From contig JABDHI010000002.1 of NCBI GenBank assembly GCA_013285655.1, positions 9,117 to 73,116 on the forward strand: DNA of 64,000 nt, read 5' to 3'. The translations under genes and the position numbers were made by a program. The notes below the pieces were generated by a model. It saw only the letters and a list, made by a program, of their open reading frames with translations, ran no database searches and was not told where the DNA came from. Source of the DNA: Bacteroidota bacterium (GTDB lineage: Bacteria > Bacteroidota > Bacteroidia > JABEUT01). Of this stretch, positions 50,511-58,503 are shown one piece after another. How positions within the stretch are numbered: the first letter of the stretch is position 1; every line of letters begins with the position of its first letter.

Positions 50511-52067
50511 TTATTTAGCCACACTAACAGCCCTTGTTTCACGAATAACTGTAACTTTTACTTGGCCCGGGTATGTCATTTCATTCTGGATCTTTTGAGC
50601 TATCTCAAATGACATTACTTCAGCTTCTTTGTCGGTAATTTTTTCGCTACCCACAATAACCCTCAATTCTCTACCTGCCTGTATAGCATAGGTTTTTTCA
50701 ACACCTTTATACGACATAGCCAATGCTTCAAGGTCGCGTAAGCGCTTAATATACTGCTCAGCCATTTCGCGGCGTGCGCCAGGGCGTGCACCCGATATAG
50801 CATCACATACTTGTATAATTGGCGAGTACAAGCTGTTCATTTCAATTTCATCGTGGTGAGCACCAATAGCATTGCATATTTCAGGTTTCTCCTTATACTT
50901 TTCTGCAAGCTTCATACCCAAAATTGCGTGTGGCAATTCAGGTTCTTCATCCGGCACTTTACCTATATCGTGTAATAAACCGGCACGCTTAGCAACCTTA
51001 GGGTTCAAACCAAGTTCAGCAGCCATAGTAGCAGCCAGGTTAGCAACCTCTTTTGAGTGTTGTAACAAGTTCTGGCCATATGATGACCTGTATCTCATTT
51101 TACCAACCAACCTAATAAGTTCAGGATGCAGGTTATTTAAACCCAAGTCAATTACCGTACGCTTACCTAACTCAGCAACCTCATCTTCTAACTGTTTGCG
51201 GCATTTCTGTACCACTTCCTCAATACGGGCAGGGTGAATACGTCCGTCGGTTACTAATTGATGTAACGACATACGTGCTATTTCCCTACGTAGCGGATCA
51301 AAGCACGAAATTATAATAGCCTCCGGGGTATCGTCTACAATAACCTCAACACCCGTTGCAGCTTCCAGTGCACGTATATTACGTCCTTCACGGCCAATAA
51401 TACGGCCTTTCATTTCATCGTTCTCAATATTAAATACAGCCACTGCATTTTCTACAGCCTGTTCAACACCCATACGCTGTATAGATTGTATGATGATCTT
51501 CTTAGCTTCCATATTAGCGGTAAGCTTAGCTTCATCAACAATTTCTTTTATCATTACCGTAGCTTGCGACTTAGCATCAGACTTTAATGACTCTATCAAT
51601 TGTGTCTTAGCATCTTCCGCCGACATTTGTGACAAAACCTCTAACTGCTGAACTTGCCTTTGATGCATTTTGGCCAGTTCTTCACCTTTTACCTCAGCAA
51701 TTTTCAATTGCTCGGTTAAAGTTGCCTTAAGCCCCTCGGTTTCCTTTTCCTTACGCTGAACTTGTTCCAGTTTTTGACCCGCAGCTTGTTCTTTTTGCTT
51801 AGCACGGGTTTCTATCTGATTAAGGGTCTTATTCTTTTCAATGGTTTGTTGTTCGTGTTCTGCTTTAAGTTGTAAAAAGCGCTCTTTCGCTTCTAACATC
51901 TTTTTATCGCGCAGGGTATTACTCTGCCTTTCAGCATCCTTTATAATTTCCTGCCCCTTCTTTTCAATATTCTTGCGAATAATGGTGGCGGTAATTAATA
52001 TACCAAACCCCAAGCCAACAACGGCTGCAGCTACAATTACAATAATGGTTACTATATCTAGGTTCAT
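50511..52067 (-). CDS. rny: Ribonuclease Y
   Basis: N-terminal TM, coiled coil, KH ([15 protein letters not shown]) and HD (LLHDIGK) domains. Confidence 0.95.
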   Translation of the reverse strand: MNLDIVTIIVIVAAAVVGLGFGILITATIIRKNIEKKGQEIIKDAERQSNTLRDKKMLEAKERFLQLKAEHEQQTIEKNKTLNQIETRAKQKEQAAGQKLEQVQRKEKETEGLKATLTEQLKIAEVKGEELAKMHQRQVQQLEVLSQMSAEDAKTQLIESLKSDAKSQATVMIKEIVDEAKLTANMEAKKIIIQSIQRMGVEQAVENAVAVFNIENDEMKGRIIGREGRNIRALEAATGVEVIVDDTPEAIIISCFDPLRREIARMSLHQLVTDGRIHPARIEEVVQKCRKQLEDEVAELGKRTVIDLGLNNLHPELIRLVGKMRYRSSYGQNLLQHSKEVANLAATMAAELGLNPKVAKRAGLLHDIGKVPDEEPELPHAILGMKLAEKYKEKPEICNAIGAHHDEIEMNSLYSPIIQVCDAISGARPGARREMAEQYIKRLRDLEALAMSYKGVEKTYAIQAGRELRVIVGSEKITDKEAEVMSFEIAQKIQNEMTYPGQVKVTVIRETRAVSVAK

Positions 52068-52108
52068 GGAGGTGTTTGTTTTTATGAACCCTTAAAAGAA
52101 GTCGCTTA

Positions 52109-52384
52109 CTAAATGTGCAATACCTTTTCGATAGCTTTTATCTGTTCCTCTATCTTTTCATTAAACTGCACATTTTTACCATGTTCTAAATGCTGAAAAG
52201 CAAGCTGTAAGGCACACATTGCTAGCAGATCGCGCGGATCTTTAATAGCGTATGAAGAAGAGTAATCCTTTACCTGATCATTTACAAGTTCAACCGCTTT
52301 TTTCATGGTTGCCTCTGTATCAGGGGTTATGTTTACCGGGTATTCCCTTCCTGAGATATTTATGTTTATTGTATTGGTTTTCAC
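52109..52384 (-). CDS. zapA: Cell division protein ZapA
   Basis: INISGREYPVN; 91 aa; position upstream of rny. Confidence 0.75.
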   Translation of the reverse strand: MKTNTININISGREYPVNITPDTEATMKKAVELVNDQVKDYSSSYAIKDPRDLLAMCALQLAFQHLEHGKNVQFNEKIEEQIKAIEKVLHI

Positions 52385-52403
52385 TGTATCTCTGCTTGTT
52401 GGC

Positions 52404-52691
52404 TTAATTCTTCAGCAATGTTATACATCGCTCTACTTCACTTAAGAGTTCGTCTATTTTATTGTTTAATTCCTGGTTTTGTTGTGTGTTATGACTAAGT
52501 TTCTCTTTCTGAGCTGTTTCTGCAGCTTCCCTGGCCTTTTTTAACTGCTCGTCCACTACCCTCATCTTATCCGTAAGCTCCTGATTTTCAGACCTAAGAA
52601 GCTTAACGGTATTGTGCAACTCGCTTTGCAAAGATAAAATTTTTTCTATTTCTTTATAAATTATCTCTAGCCTCTTATCCAAGTCTTTCAT
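52404..52691 (-). CDS. 95-aa coiled-coil protein (ZapB-like role possible)
   Basis: Heptad-rich sequence, first gene of the zapA-rny block. Confidence 0.55.
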   Translation of the reverse strand: MKDLDKRLEIIYKEIEKILSLQSELHNTVKLLRSENQELTDKMRVVDEQLKKAREAAETAQKEKLSHNTQQNQELNNKIDELLSEVERCITLLKN

Positions 52692-52722
52692 GGCCGGGTT
52701 GAAAAAAAAGTTAATTTTCAGT

Positions 52723-52730
52723 CAAATATA
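52723..52730 (-). promoter_or_regulatory. Candidate -7 box TATATTTG for the coiled-coil-zapA-rny block
   Basis: Plus strand reads CAAATATA, 32 nt upstream of the ATG at 52691. Confidence 0.35.
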
Positions 52731-52765
52731 AGTTAATAGTGGTATTACAGCCGCCCATTTACCAT

Positions 52766-52773
52766 TATTTTTG
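52766..52773 (+). promoter_or_regulatory. Candidate -7 box TATTTTTG for the 52795 gene pair
   Basis: TAnnTTTG match ending 21 nt upstream of the ATG at 52795, back-to-back with the divergent box. Confidence 0.35.
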
Positions 52774-52794
52774 CGGGGCAATAAAAACTAGGCA

Positions 52795-53364
52795 ATGGGA
52801 TTAGCACAGAGTTATAAGAAGAATGTATTTTGCGTGGAAGGTGATTGGCAAAAAGATTTGCGGGACAATTCGAGCGTGAGGGCCGCCCTTACTTTTTTAC
52901 AACAGAATCTTGAAGTAAAGTTCATATACAAGCAGTGTGGTACGCGCGAAAACTTGGAGTACTACCTATCTCTTTGGAAACAAAGAAAATATGCTCCCTA
53001 TTCCATTGGGTATTTTGCATTTCATGGTCAACCGGAAAGTATACAGGTAGGTAAGGAATTTGTTACCCTTGATGAATTGGGTGATATGTTACTGGATAGC
53101 TGCCAGGATAAGATATTGCATTTTGGAAGTTGTAAAACACTTAACACCGACGAAAAGACCATCAAACGTTTTTTAGAGACTACCGGTGCATTATGTGTTT
53201 GTGGTTTCGAATCAGAAATTAATTTTGTGGAAAGTTCGGCCTTCGATATGATATTGATAGAAATGTTTCAGCAATATAAAGACATACGTATGCTTGATAA
53301 AGCTTTGCGTAAAAACTACCGCAGCTTTATTAAAAGGCTTCAATTTAAATTGATATACCTGTAA
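52795..53364 (+). CDS. Uncharacterised 189-aa protein with a clan-CD (caspase/CHAT-like) His-Gly ... Ser-Cys pattern
   Basis: YFAF-HG (His77, 53023-53025) and ILHF-GSC (Cys113, 53131-53133), each after a hydrophobic strand. Alternating alpha/beta pattern. Confidence 0.6.
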   Translation: MGLAQSYKKNVFCVEGDWQKDLRDNSSVRAALTFLQQNLEVKFIYKQCGTRENLEYYLSLWKQRKYAPYSIGYFAFHGQPESIQVGKEFVTLDELGDMLLDSCQDKILHFGSCKTLNTDEKTIKRFLETTGALCVCGFESEINFVESSAFDMILIEMFQQYKDIRMLDKALRKNYRSFIKRLQFKLIYL

Positions 53365-55253
53365 TGGAAGAAGGAACCACGCTTTCTAACCCTATTTTTA
53401 ATTTCACTTTTAAGGTTAAGTGTATTATACTACTAACCTTAGGGCTGGTATTTTATGCCGATTCGATATTAAATGAATATGCACTTGACGATGGTATAGT
53501 AATTGCCAAGAACGAATTTGTACAAGAAGGATTTAGCGGAATAAAAGGTATCATGTCTCATGATGCGTATTACAGCTATTACCACCAAATGAATGCTAAC
53601 CAAATGTTGGCTGGCGGTAGGTACAGGCCCTTATCTATAGTAGTATTTGCAATAGAACATGCTATAACCGGCGAAGACCCTTTCTTCCGGCATGCTGTAA
53701 GTATATTAGCCTATATGCTATGTATACTTGTCGTCTTTTACTTTTTAAATAATTACCTTTTGGTGAATATGCAAAAGGGAGAGGATATTGCCTTTCTGGC
53801 CGCTTTGTTATTTACTATTCACCCTATGCATACCGAGGTGGTAGCTAATGTTAAGAGCTTGGACGAAATGCTATCGCTCATATTTATTTTACTCACCTTT
53901 ATTTTTGCCCTACACTATGCCGAACCGGAAAAAGGAGAGAAAAAGGTAAAAGACCTTTACCTGGGTGCTTTTTGTTTCTTTTTAGCCATGTTGGCTAAAG
54001 AGTATGCACTTACTCTTATCTTCTTATTGCCCATACTCTTTTATACCGTAGCAAAAAAAGACACCAAGGATACTATATTAAATAGCCTACCATATTTTGG
54101 TGTAGTTGTTCTGTATATGATAATACGTATTAAATCAGTTGGGGTACCGCATAATGTGCCAAGCGATGAAATACTGAACAACCCTTACATGCTTGCTACT
54201 CATTCGCAAAAAATAGCATCAGAAATTTATGTGCTGGGGAAATATCTTTTCATGTTATTCATCCCCTACCCGCTTTCAAGCGATTATTCATACAACCAAT
54301 TGCCTTATCGCGGATTTAACGACCCATTGGTATGGCTTTGTATAATTAGTTACGGTGCTATTATATACTGGGGCTTTAAATTACTCTTACAAAAAAGGAT
54401 ATTGGCTTTCCCTATTTTCTTTTACCTGGCTAACCTGGCCATGGTTACCAACTTTGTGGTAGATGTTGGCGCAACAATGGGCGAACGTTTAGCATTCCAC
54501 TCTTCATTAGGGTTTGTAGTGCTACTTTCTTATGGCTTTATCCGCAGCCCTGAATTTGCAAAAAAAAGGGAAGTGATTATGGGCGTAACCGCTGTACTTA
54601 TCGTTTTATGCGGTATTGAATGCACTACTCGTAATGTTTTATGGAAGAATGATATGACCTTGTTTATACACGACGTTGAAGTATCGCCTAACAGCGTTAT
54701 GGTACTTGGTAATGCCGGGGCACGTTACCTAGATAAAGCTGAAACTATTAAAGACACCAGCAAAGCAAGTAAAGCATTAGTAAATGAATATATTAATAAA
54801 TCGGTGAGCCTATTGCGCAAATCAATACAAATGCACCCTACGTACACCAATAGTTATTTGAACCTTGGTATTGCATTCTATAAATTGCAAATGCCCGATT
54901 CTTCAAAAAAATATTGGGACTATGCGAAGAAGTTGTATCCTGATCACCCTAACTTAAAACAGTATTACCCATTGCTTGCTAATTCATACTTGAACCAAGC
55001 TATGGAATTTGGCCGCGAAAACAAAGCGCCACAAGCCATAATTGCTTTGAAGAAAGGCTTGTATGCTAACAACAATAATCCTGATCTTTGGTATAACCTG
55101 GGCGGAGCATATTTCACCGTACATGAATGGGATTCGGCGCGCTTTGCATGGCAATGTGCTTTACAATTAAAGCCTGATTATGATTTGGCCAAGAAAGGCT
55201 TATCTGCTTTACCTCCGCAAGGGAAGGATACAGTTAGGGGAATTAGACCGTAA
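53364..55253 (+). CDS. TMTC-like GT-C membrane protein with C-terminal TPR repeats (putative protein O-glycosyltransferase)
   Basis: Multi-TM N-terminal ~430 aa with an ALDDG loop, plus C-terminal TPRs (NLGIAFYKL..., WYNLGGAYF...). The start overlaps the upstream stop (TAATG). Confidence 0.65.
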   Translation: MEEGTTLSNPIFNFTFKVKCIILLTLGLVFYADSILNEYALDDGIVIAKNEFVQEGFSGIKGIMSHDAYYSYYHQMNANQMLAGGRYRPLSIVVFAIEHAITGEDPFFRHAVSILAYMLCILVVFYFLNNYLLVNMQKGEDIAFLAALLFTIHPMHTEVVANVKSLDEMLSLIFILLTFIFALHYAEPEKGEKKVKDLYLGAFCFFLAMLAKEYALTLIFLLPILFYTVAKKDTKDTILNSLPYFGVVVLYMIIRIKSVGVPHNVPSDEILNNPYMLATHSQKIASEIYVLGKYLFMLFIPYPLSSDYSYNQLPYRGFNDPLVWLCIISYGAIIYWGFKLLLQKRILAFPIFFYLANLAMVTNFVVDVGATMGERLAFHSSLGFVVLLSYGFIRSPEFAKKREVIMGVTAVLIVLCGIECTTRNVLWKNDMTLFIHDVEVSPNSVMVLGNAGARYLDKAETIKDTSKASKALVNEYINKSVSLLRKSIQMHPTYTNSYLNLGIAFYKLQMPDSSKKYWDYAKKLYPDHPNLKQYYPLLANSYLNQAMEFGRENKAPQAIIALKKGLYANNNNPDLWYNLGGAYFTVHEWDSARFAWQCALQLKPDYDLAKKGLSALPPQGKDTVRGIRP

Positions 55254-55260
55254 AAAAACA

Positions 55261-55356
55261 ATATCGAATAACGAATATTGAATTCTGAACTTAGAAGTAG
55301 AATACCCATACCGTTTACTTCGGCATTCAATATTCAGAGTTCGATATTCGTTATTC
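55261..55356 (+). repeat. ORF-less hairpin copy of the CGAATA repeat family; likely terminator between convergent genes
   Basis: 55266-55289 pairs with 55333-55356 over 24 positions (22 Watson-Crick plus 2 T.G), with a 43-nt loop. Confidence 0.8.
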
Positions 55357-55422
55357 TTCTAAATACTCTCTTCTATAAACTCTACTCCCTTTATAATAGC
55401 CTCGTGTATAATCCTATCCTTA

Positions 55423-56841
55423 TCAATAAAAAGGAACTTGCTTTTGGAATTTAGCAAGCATTGTTTCTAATACAGGAGATGTTTTTTCAGGTTTGCGGAA
55501 AGTAAGAGCCTGGGCAGCTGTAATAAGCTCTGCAGCTAATATAGTCTTAAGGTTTTGGATTACCTTGTAGCATTTGGTAGCTGCATTAGCACCCATACTC
55601 ACGTAATCTTCTTGTCCGTTCGATGATACAATACTATCAACCGAAGCAGGTGTAGCGTATTGTTTATTTTGGCTCACAACTGCAGCAGCACTGTATTGCA
55701 ATATCATTAAGCCCGAGTTTATGCCGGGAGACTTAACCAAAAAAGCTGGCAGGCCACGCTCACCTGAAATTAGTTTGTAAGTTCTGCGTTCCGAGATATT
55801 ACCTAAATCAGCCAAAGCAATACTTAAATAATCTAATGCCATTGCTAACGGATGTCCGTGAAAATTACCGCCCGAAATTATCTCATCTTCATCAGGGAAT
55901 ATCAATGGGTTATCGGTAACTGAATTAATTTCTTTCAAGAAAACACTTTGCACATGCTCTACTACATCTCGTATTGCGCCATGTACTTGCGGTATGCAAC
56001 GGAACGAATATGGATCTTGTACATCAGTCTTTTTACGCACCGCTATTTTACTTCCTTTTAAGGTTTGTAAAATAAATGCAGCACATTCCTTTTGTCCTTT
56101 ATGCGGTCGGACATCTTGCACCAGTTTATTAAATGGTTCCAGGCGACAGTCAAATCCATCGAGAGACATAGCAGCTATGGTATCTCCTAATATTGTTAGG
56201 CCTTGCGCTTGTAATATTAACCATGTACCATAGGCACTCATAAACTGGGTACCGTTCAATAGAGCAAGACCTTCTTTAGGTTTAAGCTCTAATGGCTTCC
56301 ACTTTAATTCCTTATATAAAGCGGCAGCAGTTTTCTTCTTCCCTTTATAATATACTTCACCTTCGCCAATTAATGGTAAGCACAAATGGGCCAGTGGAGC
56401 CAAATCTCCCGATGCACCTAATGAGCCTTGCTCATATACTACTGGAAGGATATCGTTATTATAAAAATCTATAAGCCTTTCAACCGTGCTTACATCAATA
56501 CCCGAATGCCCATAGCTAAGCGATTGCACTTTAAGCAATAGCATTATTTTAACTATCTCTGCCGGTACTTCGTTACCACTACCACAGGCATGTGAACGCA
56601 GTAAGTTTGTTTGAAGTAGGCTATAGTCCTTCGTATCTATCTTTACATTGCGCAATGAACCAAAACCTGTATTTATTCCATACACAGGTTCTTTAGAACT
56701 TGCCAATTTCTTATCCAGGTACTTTCTGGCTTTATCAATCTTCTTCTCAGCTTCTTCTGATAATGCAATGCGTGCATTATCTGCCAAAAGCGACTTAATA
56801 GTTGCAAAATCTATTTTACTGTTTACTGCAAAAAGTTTCAT
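55423..56841 (-). CDS. hutH: Histidine ammonia-lyase (3' end apparently frameshifted)
   Basis: GSLGASGDLAPLAHL (MIO-forming ASG); NLLRSHACGSG (Ser-His as in HAL). The conserved C-terminus is found in the +1 frame downstream. Confidence 0.88.
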   Translation of the reverse strand: MKLFAVNSKIDFATIKSLLADNARIALSEEAEKKIDKARKYLDKKLASSKEPVYGINTGFGSLRNVKIDTKDYSLLQTNLLRSHACGSGNEVPAEIVKIMLLLKVQSLSYGHSGIDVSTVERLIDFYNNDILPVVYEQGSLGASGDLAPLAHLCLPLIGEGEVYYKGKKKTAAALYKELKWKPLELKPKEGLALLNGTQFMSAYGTWLILQAQGLTILGDTIAAMSLDGFDCRLEPFNKLVQDVRPHKGQKECAAFILQTLKGSKIAVRKKTDVQDPYSFRCIPQVHGAIRDVVEHVQSVFLKEINSVTDNPLIFPDEDEIISGGNFHGHPLAMALDYLSIALADLGNISERRTYKLISGERGLPAFLVKSPGINSGLMILQYSAAAVVSQNKQYATPASVDSIVSSNGQEDYVSMGANAATKCYKVIQNLKTILAAELITAAQALTFRKPEKTSPVLETMLAKFQKQVPFY

Positions 56842-58274
56842 ACAATATGCTTTATTAATTCGTCAGATTTTATTTCTTTTTCTTCTCCCGATGTCATATT
56901 CTTCAATTTCAAAACTCCCTTGCTCATTTCATCTCCACCAATAAAAACAACATAGGCTATCTTTTTATCATCAGCATAACCCATTTGTTTTTTAAACTTG
57001 GCAGCATCAGGGTACAATTCTGCACTTATGTTATTCTTTCTTAGTTCAGAAACCAAAGGAAGGCAATATTGAGCTTCATTATTGCCAAAATTCACAAACA
57101 TTACTTTAGTTGAACTACTTACACTTTGCGGAAATCTATTCAATTCCTCAATTACATCATATATTCTGTCAGCGCCAAATGAAATGCCCACACCCGATAC
57201 GTTTGGTAAACCAAATATCCCGGTCAGATCATCATAACGGCCGCCGCCGCAAATGCTGCTTGTAAATTCAGACTTACACCTACTTCTATCTACTTGGATT
57301 TCTATAATAGTTCCAGTATAATAGTTGAGTCCACGGGCAAGAGATAAGTCGACCTCTATTTTTATTGAAGAGACTAGCTTCTTTACATTATGAACAATAT
57401 ATCCTAATTCATTTTTCCCTTTAACAAAAACCTCTGGCAGAAGAAAAGTCCCATCGGAGTTAATTTTACTAGCAAGAACTGCCAGTCTAGCATCACTTTC
57501 ATTTATATTATGTGATACCTCAAAATTAAAATCACCTACGCTTACTATTGATTTATCTAAAATTATCTTCAATAATTTATCAATTCTCGCATTATCAAAC
57601 CCCTTATCAATTAATTCTTTCCTTACCCCATCATCTCCAATCTTATCTAATTTATCAATAGCCACAGCTATATCAATCATTTTTTCTGGCGCTTCAATGG
57701 ATTCAGCTATACCTTGAAGTATTTTACGATTATTCAACTTTATAATTACAGGTACATTTAATTTACCAAATACATCATCAATCATTTGTATCAACTCAAC
57801 CTCGTTTAATAGAGACGGGCTACCTATAACATCGGCATCGCACTGGTAAAATTCGCGGTAACGGCCTTTTTGTGGGCGGTCGGCACGCCAAACAGGTTGT
57901 ATTTGGTAACGCTTAAAGGGGAATGTAATATCATTTTGGTGTTGTACCACATAGCGAGCAAAAGGCACAGTCAAATCATAACGTAGTGCTTTTTCAGAAA
58001 TGTATTTGGTCATTTCTTTAGCTCCCATTTCTTTTGTGTCCTTATCCTTTAAGCCATCTAAAAAATCGCCGCTGTTCAGTATTTTAAAAATAAGCTTATC
58101 GCCTTCTTCGCCGTACTTACCCATTAAGGTATCAAGGTTTTCCATACTTGGTGTTTCAATAGGCAAATAGCCATAATTGCGGAACACCTCACGAATGGTA
58201 TCGAAAATATAGTTGCGCTTCACCATCTCTTGTGATGAAAAATCGCGCGTGCCTTTAGGTATTGAAGGTTTCAA
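56838..58274 (-). CDS. hisS: Histidine--tRNA ligase (TTG start)
   Basis: KPSIPKGTRDF...RYQIQPVWRADRPQKGRYREFYQCD...GGGRYD...GISFG. Confidence 0.93.
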   Translation of the reverse strand: MKPSIPKGTRDFSSQEMVKRNYIFDTIREVFRNYGYLPIETPSMENLDTLMGKYGEEGDKLIFKILNSGDFLDGLKDKDTKEMGAKEMTKYISEKALRYDLTVPFARYVVQHQNDITFPFKRYQIQPVWRADRPQKGRYREFYQCDADVIGSPSLLNEVELIQMIDDVFGKLNVPVIIKLNNRKILQGIAESIEAPEKMIDIAVAIDKLDKIGDDGVRKELIDKGFDNARIDKLLKIILDKSIVSVGDFNFEVSHNINESDARLAVLASKINSDGTFLLPEVFVKGKNELGYIVHNVKKLVSSIKIEVDLSLARGLNYYTGTIIEIQVDRSRCKSEFTSSICGGGRYDDLTGIFGLPNVSGVGISFGADRIYDVIEELNRFPQSVSSSTKVMFVNFGNNEAQYCLPLVSELRKNNISAELYPDAAKFKKQMGYADDKKIAYVVFIGGDEMSKGVLKLKNMTSGEEKEIKSDELIKHIV

Positions 58275-58277
58275 ATC

Positions 58278-58321
58278 TTTATAAGTTTATAAAGTTTGTA
58301 AAGTTTATAAAGTTTATAAAG
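58278..58321. repeat. 5 tandem copies of a 9-bp unit TTTATAAAG (one is 8 bp, one has a G variant)
   Basis: Read directly. It begins 4 nt upstream of the hisS TTG start. Confidence 0.9.
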
Positions 58322-58369
58322 CCCAACGACTTTAAGAACTTTCAACTTTAATAACTTTTACTGTTTGCG

Positions 58370-58377
58370 CAAAAATA
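58370..58377 (-). promoter_or_regulatory. Candidate -7 box TATTTTTG for hisS
   Basis: Plus strand reads CAAAAATA. It would give a leader of roughly 85-90 nt containing the tandem repeats. Confidence 0.3.
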
Positions 58378-58503
58378 CCATTCATTTTCAAATAACGGGT
58401 TGCCTATATTAACATAGCATCAACAGAGTTTGAACCCCTTATTTGCCTGTTTTTTATTAACTTTACTACTTAATGCCTTAAACACAGCCTAATCTAAAAA
58501 AAG

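Noticed and set aside
58278-58321. Whether the tandem repeat is a CRISPR array or a protein-coding repeat.
   Set aside because: The units are 9 bp with no spacers. The array lies outside any ORF; an in-frame TAA precedes the hisS TTG start. No cas genes are present.
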